Shown: positions 17,201 to 26,331, numbered from the stretch's first letter. The stretch is 64,000 nt of DNA from Bacteroidota bacterium (GCA_049324295.1 JBMOKQ010000043.1:10746-74745), one strand, 5' to 3'. The notes: generated by a model not told the origin, from the sequence alone. A program made the numbers and translations.

Positions 17201-20200
17201 TCCTGATTGCTTTACTACAACTCTTACACTAAAACTATTCTGAACATTAGTAAAAGATACTGTATTGTTTGTTTGAATAATATCTACCCAGGTGTTATTA
17301 TCTGCAGGAGTTAAATTGTATTGCCATTTTTGAATTACACCTATAACGCCGGAAGTCGATATAGAAACTGTTGAACCCTGACAAACATTTATAACGGAAG
17401 CAGACAAAGTACCTGCATTAGGGTTATTATATATAGTAATTGTAATGGATGGAGAAACAACGGAACAAGCACCACTAGTGACTCTCCTACGATAATAAGT
17501 GGTCGTTGTTAAAATAGGAGGCTGATAATCTTTTGCTGTTGCAGTAGTAATAGTATTCCAGGTACTATTATTGGTAGAACTCTCCCATTGATAGGTATAA
17601 GAGCCATTACCTCCGGTTGGCAATTCACCCACTAGTAACGCAGTTGGATTACCCTCACAAATTTGCTGATTAGCTGAAATAGTAAAGTTGGCTAATGAAG
17701 GCAAAACTGTAATGCTGATAGTATTACTGGAAATGACTGTACAGGCTCCGCTACTCACTATTCTTCGAAATAATGTTGAAGTAGTGATTGCGCCCGGGTT
17801 ATAAGAGCTGTTATTTCCGTTTGAGGGTACATTGATCCATGACGTACCATTATCTGTTGAAAGCTGCCATTGATAGGTCAGTGTTCCGTTTCCTCCTAAA
17901 ACACCAGGTCCGGTAAGTGTAGTTGCTGAAGACCCGACACAAATCGTTTGATCGCTGGAAATAGTATTGTTGGATAATGCAGGTGTAACAACAATAGCTA
18001 CACTTGACGAAACAACATTGCAAACTCCACTCGTAACCCGCCTTCTGTAATAAGTGGTAGCACTAATTGTTGGTGGTTGATAGTCTTGTAATGTGGCACC
18101 GATAATTGTTGACCAGGTACTATTATTAGTAGAACTTTCCCATTGATAATTGTATGTACCCAACCCACCTGTAGGTAGTTGACCGGATAATAAAGTCACT
18201 GGACTTCCCTGACATATGTTTTGGGCACTTCCTATTCCGGTATTTGCTAATGAGGGCTGTACGGTAATAGTAATGGAATTAGAAGTTGAATTACAGGCAC
18301 CACTAAATACTTGTCGTCGGTACGTGGTGGTGGTACTTATTGTTCCTGGATTATAAGATATAGATGTTCCTCCACTGGATACATTTGACCATGAAACACC
18401 GCCGTTAGTTGAAAACTCCCATTGATAAGTAAAAGAATCTGTACCCCCCGTGGGTGTACCAGTAAGAGTAGAGGGGCTTGTTCCGGCACAAATAGTTTGG
18501 TCTGCTGTAATAGTATTACCAATAATCGCATTCGTAACATTTACAACAATTGAGGAGGAGTTGCTTCTGCAGGTAAATGCATTTGTTTGCGTAACATAAT
18601 AAGTAGTAGTACCTGCAACAGTTGTATTTGGCGTTGGAGCTGTAGTAGAGCCGCCAGTTAATCCACTATTGTTATACCATAAAACAGTATTTCCAATAGC
18701 TGTAGATGCTGTTAGAGCAGATGGTGTTGCATTTAAGCAATATTCTATTGGGCTTATTACACCTGGTGCTGAAGGTCTTGGATTTACTGTTATTGTAAAT
18801 GAATTGGAAGGCCCGGCACATCCACCGGCAGAAGGAGTAACCGATATTGTGGAAACGACAGGAGAACCTGTATTATTTATTGCAGTAAAAGCATTTATTG
18901 TTGCTGCATTTCCAGAACTAGCCAACCCTATCGATGTGAGATTATTTGTCCACGCAAAAGTTGTTCCTGTAACATTACCCGTAAATGTGAAGGATCCAAC
19001 TGTTGTGCCTGTACATATTTCCTGGTTAGCAGGTACAGTAGCATTAGGTATAGGCTTAATTTCTATAGAGCGGGTTAGAGTTGTTGTACCACATTCATTT
19101 GCAACTTCTAATTGAATGGTATAAGTTCCTGGTGTAGCATAATTAATACTACCCGGTGATGCACTCGTTGAACTAGCTGGACTGCCCCCTGTAAAAGACC
19201 AATTATATGTAGGTGCAGTGGTAGCATTACAATTGGCGACCGTAGCTGAAGGTGAAATAGAACCCACACAAATTGAAGTTGGTATACTGTTTAATGTTAC
19301 AGTTGGTTTTGATTTTACGGTAATGGTTCTTGTAGCAGCGGTTGATACACACCCCCCTGGACTTGTTACAACTAAACTGATAGTATAGGTTCCTGGGTTA
19401 ACAAATGAAAATTCTGGATTTTCTGAGGTACTACTACCTGATACATAATTAAATTGAGAAGTAGATGGCGTACATCCGGAAGCGGCTGAATAAGAAACAT
19501 TCCAACTATAAGTATTAACGCCACAGGAGGGCGCAGAACTAGTATTTGTGGTTTTTACTAATAAATTATTGCAACCAGTATTTTCATCAACAGTAAACGA
19601 AGCTGTAGGTATGGCATTTACGCAAATTGTTTTTGTTATTTCTGAAGCACCACAAGTATTATTCCCTGTTCGAAGTTTTATGCTGTAAGTTCCTGGTGTC
19701 GTAAAATTTAGTGTAGGGTTCGTTGATCCGGATATCCATAATGCTGGGTCATTTGAACTATTGTCGTTACCAAGTGCTCCTGATGTTACTGTAAACCCTG
19801 TAGAAGGTGTAATTGACCAAACAGTTTTCCCTGGTGAGCATACCCCTGTAACACTAACAATGGTATTTGAAGAAGGACTACTGTTTAGCACAGCTGAACT
19901 ATTCGTACATAAGTTAGTATTCGAAATGGTAAAATCTGCAACTGGTTTTTGTGAAACGTATATCGGACTAACTACTACATCAGAAACCCCACATGGATTA
20001 GATGCTTTGAGTGAAGTAGAAAAGGAATTATTATTTGCTGAAGGCGAAAAGCATGAAGATGTTAAAAATGTATGCGTAAATGTTGCTGGTGCTGGGTGAT
20101 TAACAACCAGAGGAGTTGTACCATCGTTAACAGTAATCGTATAAACTGTACCTGGAGGGTTCGAGGTAGTATTTGATATTGGAAATGTAAGTGCATCTCC

Positions 20201-21097
20201 TGTACATATTACTGTATTTCCTGGACTACCGAATGCAACTGCAGGCGTGGATCCTACAAAAACATAATTTGTTGCAACATTTTCGCATCCATTTTGCCCT
20301 GTTACTGTAAAAGTAAGTGTGTAAATGCCTGTTGTATAATTTTGAGTTACTCCGGGACTAGAGAAAGTGGCATTTTGATAATCAGCACTACCATTACCCC
20401 AAACTATCTTATAAGCCGTATTAGTAGTAGTAGATCCGTTTAAAAATGTAAAACTTGCATTAGATGCACTACAATTAGTATAGTAGGTGGCATTGTTATA
20501 TGTAGTGCTGCCAGTACCTAATAAAGTTGTAGAAGGCAACTCTTTTTTTACAATATTTTGTGTGATTGTATTACTACAATTATTAACATCTGTTACAGTC
20601 AATGACACATTAAAAGTCTGTGTTCCATTACCAGGATTGCCAACAAATGACTTTACTGGATTTTGTAGTGTTGAAGTATTGCCAGTTCCAGAATTACCGT
20701 CACCAAAATTCCAGGCATAAGTTAGCGATGTGCCTATAGAGGTATTAGTAAACGTTGTATTTACATTAGCACAATCGTTTTGCGAAGAAACTGTAAAACC
20801 AGCAGTTGGGTTAGTATTTACAATCAAAACAACTGCCGGAGTAGTTATTGTGTTATTAATTAACGCTGTGTAACTACCGGATGTAGTTGCATTAATGGAA
20901 ATACCTGTTTGAGCCGGGGTAATTTCAACATTATCTTTTAGCCATTTAAAAGTTGCTCCCGATGGTGCATCAACGATGGTAAATGTTTTCGTTTGCCCAG
21001 AACAAATATTTAATGACCCTGAATAGGATATTGTTTGTGAATATAGAATGACAGGACTAAACAAAAAGACTAAAATAATGAAAAGAAGACCCCGCAT
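14252..21097 (-). CDS. 2281-aa PKD/Ig-like repeat surface protein with gliding-motility-associated C-terminal domain (T9SS type-B CTD)
   Basis: Signal peptide, multiple WNFGDG PKD repeats, C-terminal FIPNVFTPDGDGLND...WDG...YKGNITLVK. Confidence 0.93.
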   Translation of the reverse strand: MRGLLFIILVFLFSPVILYSQTISYSGSLNICSGQTKTFTIVDAPSGATFKWLKDNVEITPAQTGISINATTSGSYTALINNTITTPAVVLIVNTNPTAGFTVSSQNDCANVNTTFTNTSIGTSLTYAWNFGDGNSGTGNTSTLQNPVKSFVGNPGNGTQTFNVSLTVTDVNNCSNTITQNIVKKELPSTTLLGTGSTTYNNATYYTNCSASNASFTFLNGSTTTNTAYKIVWGNGSADYQNATFSSPGVTQNYTTGIYTLTFTVTGQNGCENVATNYVFVGSTPAVAFGSPGNTVICTGDALTFPISNTTSNPPGTVYTITVNDGTTPLVVNHPAPATFTHTFLTSSCFSPSANNNSFSTSLKASNPCGVSDVVVSPIYVSQKPVADFTISNTNLCTNSSAVLNSSPSSNTIVSVTGVCSPGKTVWSITPSTGFTVTSGALGNDNSSNDPALWISGSTNPTLNFTTPGTYSIKLRTGNNTCGASEITKTICVNAIPTASFTVDENTGCNNLLVKTTNTSSAPSCGVNTYSWNVSYSAASGCTPSTSQFNYVSGSSTSENPEFSFVNPGTYTISLVVTSPGGCVSTAATRTITVKSKPTVTLNSIPTSICVGSISPSATVANCNATTAPTYNWSFTGGSPASSTSASPGSINYATPGTYTIQLEVANECGTTTLTRSIEIKPIPNATVPANQEICTGTTVGSFTFTGNVTGTTFAWTNNLTSIGLASSGNAATINAFTAINNTGSPVVSTISVTPSAGGCAGPSNSFTITVNPRPSAPGVISPIEYCLNATPSALTASTAIGNTVLWYNNSGLTGGSTTAPTPNTTVAGTTTYYVTQTNAFTCRSNSSSIVVNVTNAIIGNTITADQTICAGTSPSTLTGTPTGGTDSFTYQWEFSTNGGVSWSNVSSGGTSISYNPGTISTTTTYRRQVFSGACNSTSNSITITVQPSLANTGIGSAQNICQGSPVTLLSGQLPTGGLGTYNYQWESSTNNSTWSTIIGATLQDYQPPTISATTYYRRRVTSGVCNVVSSSVAIVVTPALSNNTISSDQTICVGSSATTLTGPGVLGGNGTLTYQWQLSTDNGTSWINVPSNGNNSSYNPGAITTSTLFRRIVSSGACTVISSNTISITVLPSLANFTISANQQICEGNPTALLVGELPTGGNGSYTYQWESSTNNSTWNTITTATAKDYQPPILTTTTYYRRRVTSGACSVVSPSITITIYNNPNAGTLSASVINVCQGSTVSISTSGVIGVIQKWQYNLTPADNNTWVDIIQTNNTVSFTNVQNSFSVRVVVKQSGSCTNEAVSAITQVNTSLTTVPGVTSSNATVCITGNSGTVNLSGQTGSVIRWERSVNNGSSWTSINNTTTSLSYLNLTTTTLYRAVVQSGVCPQGNSTATTITVVPAVTPSNAGTDQRLCNQTVTNLDGNAPSFGTGVWNQTLGPAMIITNPSLRNTQITGLQPGQTYKFSWVISGPGACPSSSDEVEIVNTPTMTNSNAGSDKIVCSFTSGNDSVTLSGNNLLNPTFETGTWTLLSPAPSGSSSIIRNPNSPTSVFVFNRPGTYRLSWSINNNACVTTRDTMEVIVFDKPITGPLVASAIKACVGNDITINTGNTFRGVVSKWQYSFNPAISVNWVDTPVTSTTIRFLNIQKSFSARIISISAGVSRGCNLSDTSVIPIEVVPDFNNIIDTTSLTVCPGQAVAIAGQLPIGAYNVFDYQWQQSKDGKTDWVDIPGQTGANLNMTPLSTIFVRRLVIVSPCIKVSSLVYIFVRPSVGNFLMSDSVGTCFPFDVTFTNLVLPSKKTTWNFGDGAFNEGDEVSHTYRSTGTFQVIMTAQYPGGCRFEATKNVTITGPKGIFQHNTSPLCLSDAARFEVAAPGVDSIRWSFGDGNVLVSTEKIIYHKYAAAGPYYPTVDLLAGPEGKCRSRLNGIDSIRVDDVTGGFTHAIEQACGNTIVAFTDRSTAFYGVKSIRWDFGDGSNSNDRNPTHIYNAPSTWQVRQITEGNSGCRDTIRKSIPITIWDIPQINTNKDSIACVGQVVPFAANVFSLDPIKSTVWNFSSGSTIATINAPTVFQFPGNYLTIFVATTIYSCADTIRLPIRVYPSLSIDLGPDRLLATGTLLPLNSIITNGPVAEWEWKPNNNINCNTCPLPIATIKNNITYTVKGTTANGCIAADSINIKVFCESAQVFIPNVFTPDGDGLNDILMVRSSGIRSVKSFRIFNRWGGVIFEKSNFQPNDKSQGWDGLIKGVKASPDVYIYTCEVICENNTTYTYKGNITLVK

Positions 21098-21418
21098 TCG
21101 AGAAAAATTAACTAAGTGTGTAAATAATTATTGTTAGTCGATGGGGGCAACCTAAAATACAATGGTGAAATAAAAATAGTCATTCTCACGTGGGTTTTAA
21201 TTAATTATTTGCCTAATCACTTTTTTACAATTAAATGAAATACAAACAAGTAAAGTAAAATTTAAGCAACACTGTAATCAAGGACCCGATAACAAATGGT
21301 GTAGTGTTTATTGCTTATTTCGCCATCTCCATTACGGGCATCAATCTTTTCAAGTTCAAGCTATTCGATTCTTCTAACATTTTATTACTGGTATTTATAA
21401 TTGAATTATTTGATAGAC

Positions 21419-22186
21419 TTATTCCTCTGAGATAACAGATAATTCTAACTGGTTATTTTCTGTCGTCGTCTTCTCCTTCTTCCCCCTCACCTTCGCCGTC
21501 TTAAACGGCTTTATCAACCCCGCATCCATCTTATCCGTTACAATCTTATGCACAGCCGCAAGTATGATCTCATCTTCACATTTTTCGTTGTACCTGGCTT
21601 TGATCAACTTCTTAATGCATTTCAAAACCGCATCAGAGCAAATGATGCCTGCAATATTGTAAGGGTCGGTAGCTTCACATTTATTCCAGAGCGGTTTGAA
21701 GGAGTTTTTCACCACGCTTTCTTTGTGCAGGTGTTGTAAATGATTGGCTGCATTTTTTAAAGCAGTAACATCACTCAGGTCAATGGCAAAGATTAAGCGG
21801 GATGATATGGGTTGCTCAAAAATGATCTTATAAAACTCAAAGTTCTTCCCGTTGGTGAGCAGGGCATATTCAATGCCTTCATTGGCGCCATAATTTACTG
21901 TTTGCCGTAAATGTTTTTCGGATAACTGGAAGGAAAGGGCTTTTACTTCAACCAGGAAATGCCTTGTTTTGTTAACCTGTATCACATAATCGGCATAAGT
22001 GCCCTTGATCATGTATTCTGTTTTTATTTCTTCCAGTTGCTTATAACCCAATACATCTGAAAGAAAACGGTTGATCATGATACGGGTACCCGATTCGTCG
22101 AGCTCTTTGATGTTGCCATCTAAAAAATCTTTACGGTATGCTTTCAGGGAATTGAATAGCTTTTGTTGCTTTAATGCAGTGAGCAT
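21419..22186 (-). CDS. Stand-alone HsdR N-terminal (type I restriction endonuclease-like PD-(D/E)xK) domain protein
   Basis: DESGTRIMINRFLSDVLGY, EY.IKGTYADY, LVEVKA, Q...Y, LLTNG; ORF open to 22243. Confidence 0.85.
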   Translation of the reverse strand: MLTALKQQKLFNSLKAYRKDFLDGNIKELDESGTRIMINRFLSDVLGYKQLEEIKTEYMIKGTYADYVIQVNKTRHFLVEVKALSFQLSEKHLRQTVNYGANEGIEYALLTNGKNFEFYKIIFEQPISSRLIFAIDLSDVTALKNAANHLQHLHKESVVKNSFKPLWNKCEATDPYNIAGIICSDAVLKCIKKLIKARYNEKCEDEIILAAVHKIVTDKMDAGLIKPFKTAKVRGKKEKTTTENNQLELSVISEE

Positions 22187-22360
22187 AATATTTGTTTTGG
22201 TTGATGAGAGCAGGCTCAATTCAAAACTAACAGGTAGGAACATCTTTTTATTACGGTAAACCGTAAGCCATTAGGAGTTAGCTTTTAGCCATTAGCTGTT
22301 AGGCGTTAGGAAGAGGTGTTAGCCTAAATGCTAATGGCTAATAGCTAACCCCTATCGCAT

Positions 22361-23026
22361 TTATAACAAACCTGCATTACTACAAAACACCATCAACTGC
22401 TGGTTATTGGTAAAACCAAGTTCATCCCTGATCTGACTCAGGCGTTTCTCGATGCTGCTTAGACTGGAAGGTTTGATGTGCTGCTGTTTAAGATAAGCCG
22501 GTATTTCATTTTGCTGGTAACCTTGGCTAAGCAAACGGATAATCGTGATATCGAAATCTGTGAACTCGTATGTATTTGAACGCTTGATCAGTTGCGTCAA
22601 TGACCTGGGATAGTATCGTTGCCCCTTTGCAAGTGCCTGCATCGCCGACTTTAATTCCTGCACATCATGCCTTGCCTTACGCACATAGGCATCTACTTCA
22701 TGGTTCTCAAACAGGTTGTGTATATCGGCAGGACGATGCTGCCCGGATAAGATGAGGATAAGGATACCCGGCTGAACCGCACGAACAGCCCGTATGAGCT
22801 CAATGCCATCAGTTATCTTTTGAGCAGTTCCATCATCTTCAAAAGACAGATCGGTGATCAGCAGGTCGTAGGGTTCACCCTTTTGTTGAGCCAGTTGAAT
22901 TTTAGCTAAGGCATCATCGCAATAAAATGCGTAATCATACTGCTTCACTTTCAGGTCATCCATTGTCTTCTGCACAGAAAGGTTGGCAAACTCCTGGTCT
23001 TCGGCAATAATAACTTTATCAATCAT
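22361..23026 (-). CDS. Response regulator (REC + divergent LuxR-like HTH)
   Basis: VIIAED, DLLITDLSF, ILILS, AYVRK; C-terminal SSIEKRLSQIR. Confidence 0.9.
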   Translation of the reverse strand: MIDKVIIAEDQEFANLSVQKTMDDLKVKQYDYAFYCDDALAKIQLAQQKGEPYDLLITDLSFEDDGTAQKITDGIELIRAVRAVQPGILILILSGQHRPADIHNLFENHEVDAYVRKARHDVQELKSAMQALAKGQRYYPRSLTQLIKRSNTYEFTDFDITIIRLLSQGYQQNEIPAYLKQQHIKPSSLSSIEKRLSQIRDELGFTNNQQLMVFCSNAGLL

Positions 23027-24690
23027 GCTTTACTGGATTGAAGCGGAAAGCGGATGGAAATAGATGCCCCAGCTTTATCGCTTTTTCCAAAAATAATATC
23101 CCCGTTTAATGATTGAATACGGTTAACCGTATTGTGCAATCCATTACCGTACTCAATGTCTGCAGGGAATCCCTTTCCATCGTCGCTGTAGTTGATCGTA
23201 CCGGTATTATTATCTTCTTTGAATTTTATGACCACGTTGCCGGCGCCACTGTGTTTTTTCATATTGGTCATGATCTCCCGGAGGATCAATAACAGTTGAT
23301 TTTTTTGAACACTGGTCACCCTGTTCCAGAATACGGGTTGGTTACCCACTGCAAATACCTTGGTTTGCTCATTGGTAAATTCATTGAGCAGGCCATGGAT
23401 CTGTTTGTCGTAATCTGTATCATCTGTGTAAGCAAGTTCTTCGTAAGATATATCCCGTGATTTTTCATACAGGTCCTCAACTTTTGTCAGTAAGGGATCA
23501 CGCTCAATTTCCTCGCTGTGTTCCAGTTCGTTCATAATTCCGTACAATCCATTGGCCACCACATCGTGTATTTTTCGGGAAGTGTTTAATCTGGCGTCTC
23601 TTATTGATAGCTCGGCTTCCTGTTTGATGCGTTTTCTGCGCTTACGGTACCATGCTACCAACCCGATAATAATGCTTACTGCAAGCAGGATCACACTATA
23701 TGTAAGCAAACGCTGCCGGGTAATATGTTGCTGTAAGGCAAGATTATCGGCCTTATTCTTCTGCACTTCGTATCGTATAAAAGCAAAACGGTTGCGGGTG
23801 GTGTCTTTTGATCGTTGAAGACTGTCGTTGAGTAGTTTAAATTCCTGGTACCAATATTCTTTTAAAACCGGATTGCGGGTAAAACTTACCAATTTATCAA
23901 TTGCTTCCAGTATGTCTTTCGCACTGTGAATGCTCTTTGCTTTTTCAAACATTTTATTGGCATACCACAATGCCGAATCGGGATTTGATTTTGCATAATA
24001 ATCGGCAAGGTGTGCATAACTCGCATTAAGTCCCTGGTGGTATTGGCTATCGACGCGGATCTTTAATGCAGTCCAGAATTCCGGTAACACAGGGTAGCCA
24101 CGGTTTTGCAGCCACCTGCTGTTCGCCCTGTTATCTATTATCCTGGCAACAAGTGACTGGTCGCTTGGTTGCATGACCAGTATGGAGTCATAAATTACAA
24201 TCGCACCCTTGTAGTTCCCGCTTTTCTGAAGTGCTGTGGCTTTTCCATTTAATAGATCATAAATAAAACCAGTTCCCCGGGCAAAATATATCGCTTTGTT
24301 ATAGTAGCTGATGGCATCTCCGTATGATTTTAAATCCAGGCTTACGTTTCCCAGTATATTGTAAACATAGCTCAATTCCTCATGGTGTTTTTTATTACGC
24401 TGATCAAGTGTATGAATGGCACCGATCAGGCTTTCCTGGGCACCATACAGATCGCCTACATACCATTGCATTTCTCCCATGAATTTGTAAGCGCTGCCTT
24501 TTTTAAGGGTATCATCGGGATTGTTTACATAACGGTTAAACATCAGGAAAGCTGAATCCCATTGATCATAATACCATAAGCGATAGCCGTTATCATAATC
24601 GGTGTACCTGGTCTTTTTTTCCTGCGATTGAACAGTCAGGCCTGACAATAGTAAAGCGGTAGCCAGTAATAAAGAAAGCGTGTATTTCAA
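23023..24690 (-). CDS. Membrane sensor histidine kinase with periplasmic TPR repeats
   Basis: Signal peptide, TPR helices (YNILGNV, YYNKAI), one TM segment (about aa 330-350), KIHDVVANG H-box, NMKKHS, DDGKG, GNGL. Confidence 0.92.
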   Translation of the reverse strand: MKYTLSLLLATALLLSGLTVQSQEKKTRYTDYDNGYRLWYYDQWDSAFLMFNRYVNNPDDTLKKGSAYKFMGEMQWYVGDLYGAQESLIGAIHTLDQRNKKHHEELSYVYNILGNVSLDLKSYGDAISYYNKAIYFARGTGFIYDLLNGKATALQKSGNYKGAIVIYDSILVMQPSDQSLVARIIDNRANSRWLQNRGYPVLPEFWTALKIRVDSQYHQGLNASYAHLADYYAKSNPDSALWYANKMFEKAKSIHSAKDILEAIDKLVSFTRNPVLKEYWYQEFKLLNDSLQRSKDTTRNRFAFIRYEVQKNKADNLALQQHITRQRLLTYSVILLAVSIIIGLVAWYRKRRKRIKQEAELSIRDARLNTSRKIHDVVANGLYGIMNELEHSEEIERDPLLTKVEDLYEKSRDISYEELAYTDDTDYDKQIHGLLNEFTNEQTKVFAVGNQPVFWNRVTSVQKNQLLLILREIMTNMKKHSGAGNVVIKFKEDNNTGTINYSDDGKGFPADIEYGNGLHNTVNRIQSLNGDIIFGKSDKAGASISIRFPLQSSKA

Positions 24691-24713
24691 GCGGCCTTAT
24701 TTGCCTTAAATAT

Positions 24714-24745
24714 AAAAAGAAAGACAGAGTAATCTCTGCCTTTCT
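24714..24745 (-). terminator. Intrinsic terminator between the peptide gene and the kinase gene
   Basis: Minus strand reads AGAAAGGCAGAG-ATTA-CTCTGTCTTTCT followed by TTTT. Confidence 0.75.
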
Positions 24746-24754
24746 ACGGTGTCA

Positions 24755-24940
24755 TTACAGCCCTGTAGGTGGTGGTGGTGGTGGCACTGGTGGTTTTGGA
24801 GTGCCACCCGTTTCGCCACCGGTATCATCGAGAGTAGAAACGGTGGTGGAATGGGCCTTTTTGCAGTTGCCATGATTCTCAGCGGTATGGGTTGGGTTGA
24901 AGCATAAGAATGTGGCCAACCATATTAATAGTTCTAACAT
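24755..24940 (-). CDS. Small putative secreted peptide (61 aa; DTGGETGG + polyproline C-terminus)
   Basis: ATG start after an A-rich leader, hydrophobic N-terminus, co-oriented upstream of the TPR kinase, own terminator. Confidence 0.7.
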   Translation of the reverse strand: MLELLIWLATFLCFNPTHTAENHGNCKKAHSTTVSTLDDTGGETGGTPKPPVPPPPPPTGL

Positions 24941-25158
24941 TGTTTAATGATTTAAGATGGTGTAAAAAATTGCCCTTACCGGGTAGCGACCCCGGCAGAG
25001 ACTGTTTTGTAAGAAGCGCTTCTTACGATGGGAAGGAAGGGCGTTGATCGCAGTCTGGCTAGCAACTTCCCATACTTGCTAACCTCGCTGCGATCGCTGC
25101 ACTCAACAGATCATTTGATTTGTTGTAACAGGTACCAAACGATCACAATGCAAACTTA
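24941..25158 (-). ncRNA. Candidate structured 5' leader with pseudoknot
   Basis: TAAGTTTG -7 box at 25158-25151; nested stems 25046-25053/25088-25095 and 25057-25065/25076-25084; loop 8-mer complementary to 25028-25035. Confidence 0.5.
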
Positions 25159-25317
25159 ACAGCGGCTATAAGCCTTTGCGGAGTTGGATTCCAAAAATTC
25201 CAATCATTCCAAAAATTCCGGGAAACCGTAATCTTCAACACCAGTTGGGAGCTTATTTTGATCCGGTAATTCCGAGAATTCCGGTTATTATGTACATTTA
25301 GAAGGAAGAGAAATTAT

Positions 25318-26289
25318 ATGCGGCTCACTCACACAGCATACATCAAACTGGTATTTCGTACTTATCAATTGTTACGCAGTACCCCCGAATTTTCTCCTGC
25401 ACTGAAGCAGCCAACACCGGCGAGTATCCGTAAAGAATGTCTGACTCTTTATAAGGAACGCCCTGAAAAAAAAGATGAGCCAATTCTCAGATCATTCTTC
25501 GGACCACTTCCAGAAAATAAATCATTCTTAGCCTCCATCGAAAATTTCCCTACTGATGGATTTAGAGCATTCTCAAATTATCTGAAGGGAAAGGCAATAA
25601 AAACCGATGATAAAAATGTAGAACTGCTAGCATGGCTGATAAACTTTCCGCATAGGCCCTTCCGGTATGGAATGGATGTAATTTTAAGCGAGAAAGAAAA
25701 AACAATTTTAAATAGCGATGAAGGCGTCGGTGAAAATTTAGCGAAGGATATTGAAGAAGAAGAGAATAATACGACTGAAGATGTATTGAGTCAACCTCCG
25801 CCCAATGAGCTGGAGGCCACAATAATACCAGCTACTGAAGCACAAATGCCTGTTGTTCCGATAAATCCCGGCAGCGAGATAAGACCAGTGAAAAAGAGTT
25901 TAACAGTTAATAGGCAAGGGCTGATCCTTGGGATACCTTTATTTTTTGCGATTATTTCATTAGGATTTTATCTGCTCTATGACAAAGGTGCTAAATGTAT
26001 GTATTGGACAGGTGATCACTACGAGAAGATAGATTGTGATGCAGATATAAATGACAAGGATTTATTTAATGAAGAAAGATGGAAGAATTTTAAAAAGATC
26101 ACCAGTCCGGATACGATAACCACGTGGTCGATTGGAAAACTTTATTACCTAAAAACTAACGGGGCATTGGAGTATTTTACCGCAGGAGGCAAGCATCCTG
26201 TATTTGTTACCCGCACTTTAAAAGTGCTTTCACCTTATATGTTTGATACATACCTTCGAAAAAAGAGGCTCCTGGTAAAGACTCATTAG
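25318..26289 (+). CDS. Hypothetical bitopic membrane protein
   Basis: 323 aa; cytoplasmic N-domain, acidic linker, one TM segment (LILGIPLFFAIISLGFYLLY), exported CMYW...C domain. Confidence 0.75.
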   Translation: MRLTHTAYIKLVFRTYQLLRSTPEFSPALKQPTPASIRKECLTLYKERPEKKDEPILRSFFGPLPENKSFLASIENFPTDGFRAFSNYLKGKAIKTDDKNVELLAWLINFPHRPFRYGMDVILSEKEKTILNSDEGVGENLAKDIEEEENNTTEDVLSQPPPNELEATIIPATEAQMPVVPINPGSEIRPVKKSLTVNRQGLILGIPLFFAIISLGFYLLYDKGAKCMYWTGDHYEKIDCDADINDKDLFNEERWKNFKKITSPDTITTWSIGKLYYLKTNGALEYFTAGGKHPVFVTRTLKVLSPYMFDTYLRKKRLLVKTH

Positions 26290-26331
26290 CCGAATCAAAC
26301 AAAAAGCCTTAGTAACAGATAACGATCTGCT

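Noticed and set aside
14537-20720. Numerous plus-strand ORFs opposite the giant adhesin
   Set aside because: Antisense shadows of a repetitive Thr/Ser-rich reading frame.
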